A DNA stretch of 64,000 nucleotides, taken from contig DASCPX010000127.1 in the NCBI GenBank assembly GCA_036012755.1, forward strand, positions 64,001 to 128,000, read 5' to 3'. The first letter of the stretch is position 1; every line of letters starts with the position of its first letter. Source of the stretch: Myxococcota bacterium. Lineage in GTDB: Bacteria; Myxococcota_A; UBA796; CAJQPC01. The notes below the pieces were generated by a model. It saw only the letters and a list, made by a program, of their open reading frames with translations, made no database searches and was not told the origin of the DNA. Shown piece after piece: positions 49,880-60,111 of the stretch. A program made the translations under genes and the position numbers.

Positions 49880-51594
49880 AGGACCTCCAGATCGTGGATG
49901 GACCAGATGCGAGGGTTCTTGATGGTGCGGTAGCCGATGGACTGGTAGCAACAGGCCACGGCCACCTCGAGCCAGGCCCGCAGCTCGGACAGCGGGACCA
50001 CCTCGTCGGTGTCCATGCGGGCGGCGGCGGCCACCGGGTCCATGTCGGCCTCGATCCGGGCGGCGGTGCGATCCATGCCGGCTTGGATGGCTGCCCGCTC
50101 TACCGGGTCCTGCGTCTCGATCTCGAAGTCGTCGTCGAGCTTGGTGTTGAAGGCGGCGATCGACAGGGTCCGTCCCTCCATGACCGCTTGCCGCGTCAGC
50201 GGCGTGGAGAGCTGCAGCACCGGGTCATAGGGGTGGCCGGCCATCGCGTAGTAGCCGGCGCCCGAGGCCTTGCGCAGCAGCACCGTGATCATCGGCGTCC
50301 GGTTCGTCGAGTTGGCGTAGATGAGCGAGCTCCCGTAGCCCAGCAGGCCCTGGGCCTCGGCCTCCGTCCCGATGTCGAAGCCAGCGACGTCCTGCAGCCA
50401 CACCAGCGGGATGCCGTCGGTGTTGCAGGCGCGGCTGAAGGTCGCCAGCTTGGCGATGCCCTGGCGGTACAAGATGCCGCCAGCGCGCCTCTCGCCGGCA
50501 CGCCCGGGGTGCTCGGTGAGCTCTGGGTTGTTCGCGAGGATGCCGACCCAGAGACCGTCGATGCGGGCGAGGCCGACGACGACCTCCTTGCCGGTGTCGG
50601 GGAGCACCTCGTGGAAGAGCGAGCCGTCCACGAGCCGCGCGATGACCTCGCGCACGTCGTAGACCTCTCGATAGTCGACCGGGAAGAGCGAGGAGAGCTC
50701 CTCCGTTGCGTGCAGCGGAGCCATCGGGTCAGCGCCGTGGCGGTAGTAGTCGGCCCCGGAGGAGGGCAACCTCGCCACGTCGTCGCGGATTCGGCGGAGG
50801 CAGATTTCGTCGCCCGGGACGCGCACGTCAGCGCAGCCGGAGCGTCCGACGTGGACCTCTGGCCCGCCGATGTCGAGGCTCGTGAGCTTGAGTGACTTCG
50901 CGCCCTTGATGAGCGCCGCGCCGGCGATGACCATGTAGGCCCGCTCGGTCATGTAGACGCGGTCGCTGATGATGGGCATGTACCCGCCACCGGCGATGCA
51001 GTCTCCGAAGACACCGGCGATCTGCGGCACCCCCGCCGCCGAGAGTCGGGCGTTCTTCGTGAAGATGTGGCCGGCTCCCCTCCGACCCGGGAAGGAGTTC
51101 GCCTGCTCCGGCAGGAACAGGCCCGAGCAGTCGACGAGGTAGATCATCGGCAGGCGCAGGCGCAGGCCGATCTCCTGGGCTCGCTGGATCTTCTCCGGTG
51201 TGCGCGGCCACCACGAGCCGCTGGCGACGGTGTTGTCGTTCGCGACGAGCACGGTCCAGCGGCCGTGGACCTTCACGAAGGCGGTCACGACACCGGCTCC
51301 CGGGGCGACTCGGCGGCTGCCCGCGAACTCACGACCCCAGTTCACGAGGCTGCCGAAGGGGAAGACGCGGGTCCCCTCGTCCTTGAGGAGGTCGATGCGC
51401 TCCCAGGTCGTCAGCTTCCCCTTGTCGTGCACACGCTCGACGTACTTCGGGCCCCAGCCGGCCCGCACGACCGCGAGCTTGTCCGCCAGGGCTCCGTCGA
51501 GCTCCGCCATGCGGGCTGCCTTGGCCCGCACATCGGCGTCACCGAGCAGCTCGTCCAGCGGTCGACCGATGGGCGACAGGGGCGTGCGGGCCAT
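49876..51594 (-). CDS. acyl-CoA carboxylase carboxyltransferase subunit (MCC/PCC-beta-like)
   Basis: [40 protein letters not shown]. Confidence 0.9.
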   Translation of the reverse strand: MARTPLSPIGRPLDELLGDADVRAKAARMAELDGALADKLAVVRAGWGPKYVERVHDKGKLTTWERIDLLKDEGTRVFPFGSLVNWGREFAGSRRVAPGAGVVTAFVKVHGRWTVLVANDNTVASGSWWPRTPEKIQRAQEIGLRLRLPMIYLVDCSGLFLPEQANSFPGRRGAGHIFTKNARLSAAGVPQIAGVFGDCIAGGGYMPIISDRVYMTERAYMVIAGAALIKGAKSLKLTSLDIGGPEVHVGRSGCADVRVPGDEICLRRIRDDVARLPSSGADYYRHGADPMAPLHATEELSSLFPVDYREVYDVREVIARLVDGSLFHEVLPDTGKEVVVGLARIDGLWVGILANNPELTEHPGRAGERRAGGILYRQGIAKLATFSRACNTDGIPLVWLQDVAGFDIGTEAEAQGLLGYGSSLIYANSTNRTPMITVLLRKASGAGYYAMAGHPYDPVLQLSTPLTRQAVMEGRTLSIAAFNTKLDDDFEIETQDPVERAAIQAGMDRTAARIEADMDPVAAAARMDTDEVVPLSELRAWLEVAVACCYQSIGYRTIKNPRIWSIHDLEVL

Positions 51595-52926
51595 CTACAG
51601 CATCTCCTCCAGCGTGCTCGTGTCGTAGTCGCCCGAGACGAAGGGCGGGTGGGACAGCAGTCGCTGGTGCAGCGGGATCGTGGTGTCGACGCCCTCGATG
51701 GTGGTCTCCGCCAGGGCCTCGCCGAGGCGGTCGAGGGCCTCTGGACGGGTCGGGGCGTGCACGATGAGCTTGGCGATCATCGAGTCGTAGTGGGGTGAGA
51801 TCGTGTCGCCGACGCGCAGGTGGGTGTCGACCCGAATCCCCTCGCCCGTCGGCCACTGCAGCTTCGTGATGGTCCCGGGACATGGCCGGAAGGTCTCGGG
51901 GTCCTCTGCGTTGATGCGGACCTCGATGGCGTGCCCGTCTGCCTTCACCTGGTCCTGGGTCAACGGCAGGGGCTGGTTGGCAGCGACCCGGAGCTGCAGC
52001 TCCACGAGGTCGAGGCCGCAGACGGCCTCGCTCACCGGGTGCTCGACCTGGAGCCGGGTGTTCATCTCCATGAACCAGAGGTGCCCGTCCTGCCCGCGCA
52101 GCATCTCGATGGTGCCGGCGTTGCGGTAGCCGGCGCGCGCGGCGATGCCGGCGACGAGCCCACCGATCTCCGCGCGCTCGTCCGGGCTCAGGGCGACCGA
52201 CGGCGACTCTTCGAGCAGCTTCTGGTGCCGCCGCTGGATCGAACACTCTCGCTCACCCAGGTGGATGCCCCGACCCTCTGAGTCGACGATCACCTGGAAC
52301 TCGATGTGGCGTCCGCCGGTGATCAGCTTCTCCAGGTAGAGGCGCCCGTCGCCGAAAGCGGCGGTGGACTCGGCGGTGGCGCTGTCGAAGGCGGCTTCGA
52401 GCTCTTCAGGGGCGTAGACACGCCGCATGCCACGTCCCCCTCCCCCGGAGGCCGCCTTCAGCAAGACCGGGTACCCGGCCTGCGCTGCAAAGGACCTGGC
52501 CTCGTCGAGTCCGACCGGGCCGGGAGAGCCGGGGATCAGCGGCATGCCGAGCTCCGCCATCGTCGAGCGCGCCGCGACCTTGTCTCCCATCAACCGGATC
52601 AGCGAGCTCGTCGGGCCGACGAAGGAGATGCCCAGGGCTTCGCAGCGGGCGGCGAAGGTGGCGTTCTCGGCGAGGAAGCCCCAGCCCGGGTGCACCGCCG
52701 TACAGCCCGTGTGGCGAGCCACCTCGAGCACGGCGTCCTGGTCCAGGTAGCTCAGCGCCGAGCGCGGAGGCCCGATGACGACGACATCGTCAGCTTCCTC
52801 GAGCCAGCCGAGGTCTCGGTCCGCCGTGGATGCCACCACGACGACCTCGACCCCCATGCGCTTGCAGGTGCGCGTGACCCGCGCGGCGACCTCGCCGCGA
52901 TTGGCGATGAGCAGACGCCGGAACAC
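51595..52926 (-). CDS. accC: biotin carboxylase
   Basis: [55 protein letters not shown]. Confidence 0.93.
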   Translation of the reverse strand: MFRRLLIANRGEVAARVTRTCKRMGVEVVVVASTADRDLGWLEEADDVVVIGPPRSALSYLDQDAVLEVARHTGCTAVHPGWGFLAENATFAARCEALGISFVGPTSSLIRLMGDKVAARSTMAELGMPLIPGSPGPVGLDEARSFAAQAGYPVLLKAASGGGGRGMRRVYAPEELEAAFDSATAESTAAFGDGRLYLEKLITGGRHIEFQVIVDSEGRGIHLGERECSIQRRHQKLLEESPSVALSPDERAEIGGLVAGIAARAGYRNAGTIEMLRGQDGHLWFMEMNTRLQVEHPVSEAVCGLDLVELQLRVAANQPLPLTQDQVKADGHAIEVRINAEDPETFRPCPGTITKLQWPTGEGIRVDTHLRVGDTISPHYDSMIAKLIVHAPTRPEALDRLGEALAETTIEGVDTTIPLHQRLLSHPPFVSGDYDTSTLEEML

Positions 52927-53375
52927 TAGGAGCCCTGCAGTTCCTGCTGGAGCAGCGTGCGGGCGAGTCCCCCGTCGATGTCGGCCCGATGCGCCTTCAT
53001 CAGTGAGCCCATGGCGCGACCGAGGTGCTTCGGCTCGGTGGCCCCGGAGGAGGCGATGGCCTCTCTGACCCAGGCGAGGGTCTGGGCCTCGTCGGCGAGC
53101 TTCGGAAGGAAGCCCTCGATGACCGCGAGCTCCGCGCGCTCGCCGCTGGCAAGGTCGTCACGGCCCGCCTGGTCGTAGGTCTGGGCGGCGTCGATGCGCT
53201 GCTTCTTCAGCTTGCGCAACAGGGCGAGCACCGCGTCGTCCGTGACCTCGCCCTTGCCGGCCTTCTGCAGCTCGATGATGCCCGCGCGGATCATCCGCAG
53301 CGCGCCGAGGCGCTCCTTGTCGCGAGCCCGCATCGCGGTCTTCATGTCCGCGTTCACCTGCTCGGAAATACTCAT
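52926..53375 (-). CDS. GatB/YqeY domain protein
   Basis: DMKTAMRARDKERLGALRM, KQR..AA..Y..AGRDDLA..E..E...I..FLP. Confidence 0.9.
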   Translation of the reverse strand: MSISEQVNADMKTAMRARDKERLGALRMIRAGIIELQKAGKGEVTDDAVLALLRKLKKQRIDAAQTYDQAGRDDLASGERAELAVIEGFLPKLADEAQTLAWVREAIASSGATEPKHLGRAMGSLMKAHRADIDGGLARTLLQQELQGS

Positions 53376-53412
53376 GAGCCCTCCGAAGGCCACGGGGACC
53401 TCCGCGAAGGCG

Positions 53413-55278
53413 CTATCCCGGTGCCGGTTGGTTCTCACCCTCCCGGCGAAGCAACTGCGCACAGAGGAGGACGAGGGCAATGGCCAGCCCACCGATGGCG
53501 ATGAGGGCGACCCAGCGATCGCTCGCGTCGGAGACGCTGTGGCCGAGAGGGGGGCCCAGGCTCCCCTCGCGCACGACGCCGTCGACGAGCAGGTCCCCAT
53601 AGAGCCGGAGGTCGTAGTCGGGGCGACCGACGTCGGGGTTGCCGTAGTAGAGGGTCGCGCCGCCCGCCGGCGCCACCGCCACGACCGAGGGTCCCTTGCC
53701 CCAGGCCCGGACGCGGATCTCGTCGAGGGGGAGATCGTCTCCGTTGTCGATGTAGATCTCGAGCTCCTCGGTCCTCTGCTGCACGCCCATGGACAGACGG
53801 GCGGTGCCGTCCTTTGGCAGGACGGTCCAGCCCGCGCTCCGCCCCCCCACGATCACGACGCCCCGCGAGAAGGCCCGGCTGTCGGTCGTCAGCTCGATGT
53901 GGTCGAGGTAGGCGGCCTCCTCCAGCTCCACCACCAGGCGCGTCCGACCCGGCTCCTCGTACCTCGTCAGGGCGGTCCCGACAGGCCGAGGCGAGCCCGG
54001 GTCGAGCAGGTAGGGGATCTGGTGACCCTCCTGGTCGACGATGCGTAGGTCGCTCAGGTCCTGCCTGGCCGAGATGAGCACCTCCTGGGGAAGGACCCAC
54101 CGGGTCGGAAGCCCCGGATCGTCGCCGCGGAGCTCGCGGGTCAGGGGGTGGTGGCGCACGAGCGCCTCGGATCCCCGGACGAGGGCATCCGGGACGAGCT
54201 GGGCGGGGTTGTGGCCGGGGTTGTCCGCCCACGCCGCGACCACGAGTGCAGGGTCGGACTCCAGCAGCTCGACGAGCGCATGGTCGAGGTCGTGCTCACC
54301 GGGTTGCTGGAGCACGGGGGCAGCGTAGAGCTGCTGAGGCCCCGGACCGCCGTCGAGCAGCAGCAGCCGACGCCCGGTGGCCTCGAGGTGAGCGCCGCTG
54401 ATGTGCAGCGGAGCGTCGCGCCCGTCCGCGACGTGGATCTCCAGCTCCGAGCCCACCTCGCCGTCGAGGGGGATCACCAGGTGCTCCACGTTCGCTCCGC
54501 CCAGCTGGAGCCTCTCGATGCGGCCCCGCCCGAGGTGGTGCTGTCGAAGGTCGGTGCCGTCGAAGCGCCGCGTCCAGACCTGGACCTCGCGGTCGAAGCG
54601 GCGGTCCTCGATGTCCAGGACCAGCTCCCGCGCGTCCAGTCCCGGCCCGGGCAGGGACACGCGGTACACGGAGGTCTGGGGCAGCTCGGGCGAAGCCTCC
54701 TCGACGTCGAGGTCCAGCTCCACGGGGGGCACTCCAATCTCGGCGCCCCACCTGACCCTGACGCCCTGCCACCGCACGGGCACAGTAGCGTGAACGGTGT
54801 ACAGGCCGGGAGGCAGCTCCGGCAGCTCCACGCTGAGGTTCTGGCGGTCCTCGTGAGCGATGCGAGCGTTCCAGAGCAGGCCCTCCGCCACGCGCCGCCC
54901 GTCGACGTCCTTCACGACCAAGGGCAGCACCCACTGGCTGCCGAGCCCGGCGACGTCGACCTGGAGTTCGTCGACCGGATGCCCGACGCCCCGCGTGTCG
55001 AAAGCGAAGGCCGAGCTCAGGGGCGGACCGAGGTCCCAAAGCGGCCACCAGTCCGGCTGGGCATAGCGCCGATCCGTGTGCTGGTCGGAGTCGAGCACCA
55101 GGCTGGCGACGGCGTGTCCTTCCGCATCGAGGACCAGGAGGTCCTCTGGGTTGGGCCACGCGGCGGCCTCGCCGAGATCGACCAGCACGGCGCCCTCGGC
55201 AGGCAGCTCCAGGGTGGCGCGCTTCGCATAGACCGCAGGCTCGACGGCCCACGCCGTGGCCAGGAGGACCATGATCAT
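53413..55278 (-). CDS. DUF3999-like exported protein with C-terminal TM
   Basis: DLSDLRIVDQEG..IPY, IDNGDDLPL, LYYGNP...PDYDL; ATGA-coupled to DUF2339. Confidence 0.65.
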   Translation of the reverse strand: MIMVLLATAWAVEPAVYAKRATLELPAEGAVLVDLGEAAAWPNPEDLLVLDAEGHAVASLVLDSDQHTDRRYAQPDWWPLWDLGPPLSSAFAFDTRGVGHPVDELQVDVAGLGSQWVLPLVVKDVDGRRVAEGLLWNARIAHEDRQNLSVELPELPPGLYTVHATVPVRWQGVRVRWGAEIGVPPVELDLDVEEASPELPQTSVYRVSLPGPGLDARELVLDIEDRRFDREVQVWTRRFDGTDLRQHHLGRGRIERLQLGGANVEHLVIPLDGEVGSELEIHVADGRDAPLHISGAHLEATGRRLLLLDGGPGPQQLYAAPVLQQPGEHDLDHALVELLESDPALVVAAWADNPGHNPAQLVPDALVRGSEALVRHHPLTRELRGDDPGLPTRWVLPQEVLISARQDLSDLRIVDQEGHQIPYLLDPGSPRPVGTALTRYEEPGRTRLVVELEEAAYLDHIELTTDSRAFSRGVVIVGGRSAGWTVLPKDGTARLSMGVQQRTEELEIYIDNGDDLPLDEIRVRAWGKGPSVVAVAPAGGATLYYGNPDVGRPDYDLRLYGDLLVDGVVREGSLGPPLGHSVSDASDRWVALIAIGGLAIALVLLCAQLLRREGENQPAPG

Positions 55279-57863
55279 GCCGACACCTCCTCGCGCGACA
55301 GCACGACCTTCTGGAGCAGCACCGCCGCCCCCAGGAGGGTGATCGCAGCGCCGACGACCGAGCCGACCCGCCACATTCCGGCGAGGTCCCAGAGGTCCAC
55401 GAAGAAGACCTTGCCCGCCGCCAGCAGCAAGATGCCCATGGCCAGCAAGCGCGTGTACTTCGAGTCGCCTCGCACACCGATCGCCAGCAGCATCGCGCCG
55501 AAGCCAGCCCAGCCGAGGCTGCGGGTCATCTCGTTCGCGAAGTCACCCCGCCCCCAGTCCGGAGCTCCGTCGGTGGCGAAGGCGATGTCGACCTCGAGGT
55601 TGAGCAGCATGAAGAACGCGACCACCGCGGCGAAGCGCAGGACCCGCGTGATGGGGAAGTCCGTGAAGGCACCGACGCGGTCGAGCAGACGGGCAGACAA
55701 CAGGAGGCTCCCGCCGAGGACCACGTAGGTGAGCGTCAGCTCGTTGAACCCCGGCACGACATAGGCAGGCCAGTCGATGACGAGCGGGTCCATCAGCAGG
55801 CGTCCACATGCGAGCGCGACGAGCGCCACGCTGAAGAGCTTGACGCCGGGATGCCTGATGCGGCTGGAGAGCCAGGCCAGGACCACCGCCTCGGCGGACC
55901 AGCCGAGCACCACCCACTGCCCGTCGAGCTGCACCGGGACGGCGATGCAGGCGAAGAGCGTCGCGGCGATGACGTAGGCAGCCAGCTTGCGTTCGTCACC
56001 TTCGAGTGTCCGCTTCACCTGCGCGGCAGCGGCGAGGCTGACCAGGCCGAGCACCAGGGGCAACAGCCCGATGGCCTCTGCTCCGAGGCCCTCCTCCCAT
56101 GCCAGCTGCAGGGGGTAGTAGAGCACCGGTCCCGCGAGCGCGGAGGTCAGCCAGGGCAAGGTGCGGCTGGAGTCTCGGCGCAGGAAGGGCCAGAGGGTCA
56201 GGCCCGTGACGACGAGCAGGACAGCCGGCGCGATCCATGCAACGCGCAGGTCGTCCGCCATCGGACCGAGAGCCGGATAGGCCACGGCGGCCGCTCCAGC
56301 GAGCCCGGCGATGCCCGCGATCCCCCGCCCTCGCGCAGAGGCCACCATGCCGATGAGGCCCAGCGATGCCACGCCCAGGGTCACGAGCACCCGCGGCCCA
56401 TCGCCCTCGGCGGCGCAGACACCCATGGTCAGTCCGGTGACGCCGAGCAGCGCCGGCAACAGGAGCTCCCTCTGGAGACCCTGGCCCCATGGCCGCCGGA
56501 GTCCGGCCAGCCACCACCCCGCCGTGGGCGCCAGCAGCACCGCCGTGACCAGCGCGTGCAGGAGGTGGCTCGGCCTCCCGAGGCTGTCCAGGTGTGACTC
56601 CCAGCCGATACCGGTCACCAGGCCCGCGAGCGCCAGCCCGCCGAGGCCGACCCAGGCCAACAGCGGCCAGTCCCTGCGGTGGCTGACCAGGCGCAGCGCC
56701 GCGGCGAGGCCCAGGAAGAAGATGGGGAGGAGCCACACGACCGGGCCGGGATCGTGGAGGACGGCCTGGACGGTGGCTCCTTCCCAAGTCACGAGATGGC
56801 GTGGGACGACCAGGGGCAGGACCGCCAGCGACTGGGCGGCGAGGGTCCCGGAGGCGACCATGGCCACGAGGGAATCGGTCTTGTCGCGCATCGCCACGGC
56901 GGCGGCCATGGCCGCGAACAGTGCCGCAGCACCCAGGCCGAAGGGGAGCTGGTCCGCGTCGCCGTACTCCACGCCCCAGGCCAGCTGGAGCACGAGGGTG
57001 CCCAGACCCGCCATGCCGACGATCGCCGGCCACTTGCGGAGCACGGCGGTGCTCAGCACGCCAGCGTTGAGGACGGCGAGGTAGGCGAAGAGCGCCAAGG
57101 CGCGATTGTCTCCGGTGAAGAGCAGGACGGGGGTCATCAGCCCGCCGGCGAGGCCCAGGACCGCCAGGAACTGGGAGTCACGGCGCCAGGCGAGCAGCAC
57201 GCTGGCGATCGTCACGCCACTCATCAGCGCGAAGGCAGCCGTGTTGGGGAAGAGCTCGTAGAGGGAGTGCCCGGCGTAGAGCGCACCGTAGAGGATGCCG
57301 ATTCCAGCGCCACCGAGCCCGGCAGCCGCGAGGCCGTATTCACGTCGATACAAGCGCTCCGAGCCGATCAGGGCCGCGACACCGGCGAGGACGCCCGTCG
57401 CGAAGCGGGCCCCGGGGCCGAAGAAGGCGAGCCAGCCCTGGTCCAGCGCGTAGTTGAAGAAGAGCAGACCGCCGATGAGCAGGCCGAGGCCACCGGCAGC
57501 GGCGAAGACCCAGGCGCCGACGTGCTCCGCGGTCTTCGCGGGTCTGGGTGGCTCGAATACCGGTGGCGGCTCGGTGGCCTTCGGAGGCTCGGCGGCTTCC
57601 GGCGGCTCGGCGGCCTCCGGCGGGGCCTCGGCAGGCACGGTCGCCGCGATGGGAGTCTCGGCCACTCGGGTGACCGGGCTGAGCTCCTGCCTGGACTCGA
57701 CGCCCCGACGACGAAGCACCGCGACCTGCTGCTCGAGGGTCCGCATGCCGTTTTGCAGCCTTCGGAGCTTCGAGTGAGCCGTCAACGCGAGGATGAGGGC
57801 CAACAAGGGCAGAGCCCCGATGACCAGCAGCAACAGGACAACGAGACCGACCAGATCATCCAT
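55275..57863 (-). CDS. DUF2339 polytopic membrane protein
   Basis: E..VG...F..GG, GLAGGLMTPVL, W..EA..L.W, K.FFVDL..L....RVGS. Confidence 0.85.
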   Translation of the reverse strand: MDDLVGLVVLLLLVIGALPLLALILALTAHSKLRRLQNGMRTLEQQVAVLRRRGVESRQELSPVTRVAETPIAATVPAEAPPEAAEPPEAAEPPKATEPPPVFEPPRPAKTAEHVGAWVFAAAGGLGLLIGGLLFFNYALDQGWLAFFGPGARFATGVLAGVAALIGSERLYRREYGLAAAGLGGAGIGILYGALYAGHSLYELFPNTAAFALMSGVTIASVLLAWRRDSQFLAVLGLAGGLMTPVLLFTGDNRALALFAYLAVLNAGVLSTAVLRKWPAIVGMAGLGTLVLQLAWGVEYGDADQLPFGLGAAALFAAMAAAVAMRDKTDSLVAMVASGTLAAQSLAVLPLVVPRHLVTWEGATVQAVLHDPGPVVWLLPIFFLGLAAALRLVSHRRDWPLLAWVGLGGLALAGLVTGIGWESHLDSLGRPSHLLHALVTAVLLAPTAGWWLAGLRRPWGQGLQRELLLPALLGVTGLTMGVCAAEGDGPRVLVTLGVASLGLIGMVASARGRGIAGIAGLAGAAAVAYPALGPMADDLRVAWIAPAVLLVVTGLTLWPFLRRDSSRTLPWLTSALAGPVLYYPLQLAWEEGLGAEAIGLLPLVLGLVSLAAAAQVKRTLEGDERKLAAYVIAATLFACIAVPVQLDGQWVVLGWSAEAVVLAWLSSRIRHPGVKLFSVALVALACGRLLMDPLVIDWPAYVVPGFNELTLTYVVLGGSLLLSARLLDRVGAFTDFPITRVLRFAAVVAFFMLLNLEVDIAFATDGAPDWGRGDFANEMTRSLGWAGFGAMLLAIGVRGDSKYTRLLAMGILLLAAGKVFFVDLWDLAGMWRVGSVVGAAITLLGAAVLLQKVVLSREEVSA

Positions 57864-57921
57864 GACTGACCTCCACGACCTGGAGAGTCACCGGGCGATG
57901 TCAGCCTCCCTTCGACCTGCG

Positions 57922-57959
57922 GTGAAAGGTCCGCCAAGCGCGCATGAAAGCCGCGTGAA
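57922..57959 (-). promoter_or_regulatory. cre-tag-like direct repeats (TTCAC-N6-TTCAT plus a third in-phase TTCAC)
   Basis: Half-sites at 57955-59, 57944-48 and 57922-26 (11/22-bp phasing) upstream of DUF2339. Confidence 0.45.
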
Positions 57960-58409
57960 TCAGGCCAGGTCCTGGCAGAGCTCGCGCTCGAGGTTCTGGA
58001 GCATGGCGCGCATGCCGCCCTCGAGACCCTCGCGAAGACCGGCGCCGTCGAGGACCGCGCCGAGAACGCTGCCGGGGTCGTAGTCCAGGTGCAGGGTCAC
58101 CATCGTGTGGCGCGAGGCGCGCGGGGTGCGCAGCGAGTAGCTGAGCGTTCCGCTCGTGCGCTTGCCGCCGGTGCTGCAGAGGACCCGGCGACCGCCGTGG
58201 GCGTCGTCCACGCGCTCGAAGGTGTAGGGCATCGTCCGCTTCTTCGGGAATGCCGAGAACGTGAGGTCCCAGGTCCGGTCCCCCGTGCGGCTCGTCCCGC
58301 TCCAGGCGCCCTGCAGGATGCGGTCATGGTTGTCGGCCTTCGACAGCCACTCCAGGACTTCGTTGCGCTTGGTGTTCTCGACGAGGATGTCGGTGGTGAG
58401 GACGGCCAT
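57960..58409 (-). CDS. SRPBCC-family protein
   Basis: EVLEWLSKADNH, T.VTLHLDYDPGSVLG, MLQNL; GGAG SD. Confidence 0.7.
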   Translation of the reverse strand: MAVLTTDILVENTKRNEVLEWLSKADNHDRILQGAWSGTSRTGDRTWDLTFSAFPKKRTMPYTFERVDDAHGGRRVLCSTGGKRTSGTLSYSLRTPRASRHTMVTLHLDYDPGSVLGAVLDGAGLREGLEGGMRAMLQNLERELCQDLA

Positions 58410-58448
58410 CGTGCGCTCCAGCGGCGGCGAGGATAACGCGCCGCGACG

Positions 58449-59285
58449 ATGCTGCCGGCAACGCTACCCGTGCTGATTCCGTGGTGGGAGCCCGCGGTCT
58501 ACCACCTCGGCCCGATCCCGATCGATCCGTGGGCCGTGTTGGTGTGCATCGGCTTCGTCGTCGGCATGGAGGTGGCCCGCGCCAGGGGCATCTCGATCGG
58601 CCTCGACACCCGCGACGTGGTCGATGGCGCCGTGTTCATCGTGCTGCTGGGATTCGTGGTCGCCCACTGGGTCCACGTCGTCGCCTACAACCCCGAGCTC
58701 ATGGAGCTCGACGGCCAGTTCGACATGATGACGGCCGGCAAGGAGCTCCTGAACCCATTCGGCGGCGTATCCAGCAACGGCGGCTTCCTCGGGGCCGTCA
58801 TCGGCACCATCCTCTTCTACACGCTCATCAGGAAGCGGGACTTCTGGATCCACGCCGACAACGGCATGTACGGCTTCGTCTTCGGCTACGTCTTCGGGCG
58901 ACTCGGCTGCTTCTCCGTGCACGACCACCCTGGCGCGACCATCGAAGAAGTGCCCTGGCTGTCCTTCATGATGGTCGACTGGCAGCCGGGCCCCGCCCGC
59001 CTGGACATGGCGCTGGTCGAGGCCTGCTGGCTGGCCCTGATCGCGCTGGTCTTCTTCGCCGTCAACCGGAAGTGGAAGGGCTCCCACGGCAAGTTCATCG
59101 CGCTCTGGTGCATGCTCTACGCGCCGGTCCGCTTCGGCCTCGACTTCCTCCGCGCCGTCGATCGCCGCCTCTGGCTCGGCCTGACCCCGGCGCAGTACGG
59201 CTCGATCCTGATGTTCGTCGCCGGCGCCGTGATCATCGTCCGCCTGTGGAAAAAGCGATCCGAGGGCGAAGAGCCGAGTCCGTGA
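58449..59285 (+). CDS. lgt: prolipoprotein diacylglyceryl transferase (divergent)
   Basis: LGPIPI..W, GG.S..GGFLG, GRLGCF..HDHPG, YAPVRFGLDFLR, LTPAQY. Confidence 0.82.
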   Translation: MLPATLPVLIPWWEPAVYHLGPIPIDPWAVLVCIGFVVGMEVARARGISIGLDTRDVVDGAVFIVLLGFVVAHWVHVVAYNPELMELDGQFDMMTAGKELLNPFGGVSSNGGFLGAVIGTILFYTLIRKRDFWIHADNGMYGFVFGYVFGRLGCFSVHDHPGATIEEVPWLSFMMVDWQPGPARLDMALVEACWLALIALVFFAVNRKWKGSHGKFIALWCMLYAPVRFGLDFLRAVDRRLWLGLTPAQYGSILMFVAGAVIIVRLWKKRSEGEEPSP

Positions 59286-59292
59286 CGGGCGC

Positions 59293-60057
59293 TCAGGGTG
59301 TGAGCAGGTCTCCGGCCGCCAGCGGCACCCAGTACTTGCCGCCGTCGACCAGCACCGGAGCTTGGGACAGGCGGATCTCGTCACCGGACTCCAGCGCACA
59401 GAGGATCTCCTCTTCGGCGCTCCAGGAGTTGGCCTTGCGGGGATAGTCGGCCCTGACGTACTTGCCGAACTTCAGGGTGTAGACCTGTCCGATGTCGGCG
59501 TCGAAGGGGAAGCCCGCGTACCAGTAGCCGACGACGGTCCCCGTCGTCCCGCCGCAGCGTCCGTCCGTGATCGCAGGCGCCTCGAGGGCTGGCGGCTCGA
59601 CGACGATCGGATCCTCCGCAACCTCTGGGGGCTGCGAGACAACGGGTTCCACCTGTGGGGACTTTGAGGCTTCCGGCATCTCCGGAGAGGGCGCCAGCGC
59701 CTGCGCCGGGACATCAGGCTGCCGCTTCTCGATGTGCTCGTCTGCCGTCCCGTACCAGGCCGCGGCCCCGATCGCGATGACCAACAAGACGCCCCCGGCA
59801 GCGATCGCAGCCCGCAACGGCACGTTCGGGGGATCCAGGGTCTCGGCCAGCTGCGCCAGGTTCGGGTCCTTCGGACGCCTCGCGGCGGCAGCCTTCGCGA
59901 GGGCCGGCAGCCTGGCGCCGGCTGCCTGGATGGCCGAGGCCCACTCCGCGTCCTGGAGGCCGACATCAGCTAGGAGCGCGGCTCGCTCCTCGGGATCCGA
60001 GAAGCGCTTGGCGAAGAAGCTCACGAGTTCGTCGAGCTCGGCACGATCCAGGTGCAT
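59293..60057 (-). CDS. membrane protein with N-terminal EAD1-like helical domain, TM, Pro-rich linker and periplasmic domain
   Basis: MHLDRAELDELVSFFAKRF...LPALAKAAAARRPKDPNLAQL, then a TM segment. Confidence 0.6.
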   Translation of the reverse strand: MHLDRAELDELVSFFAKRFSDPEERAALLADVGLQDAEWASAIQAAGARLPALAKAAAARRPKDPNLAQLAETLDPPNVPLRAAIAAGGVLLVIAIGAAAWYGTADEHIEKRQPDVPAQALAPSPEMPEASKSPQVEPVVSQPPEVAEDPIVVEPPALEAPAITDGRCGGTTGTVVGYWYAGFPFDADIGQVYTLKFGKYVRADYPRKANSWSAEEEILCALESGDEIRLSQAPVLVDGGKYWVPLAAGDLLTP

Positions 60058-60111
60058 GCCGACCCTTACCCCAAAGTTGGGCTCGCGTCAGTTGCTGACT
60101 ACGTTGTCGAC

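Noticed and set aside
57560..57632. 18-bp tandem repeats in DUF2339
   Set aside because: In-frame PPEAAE linker repeats, ordinary low complexity
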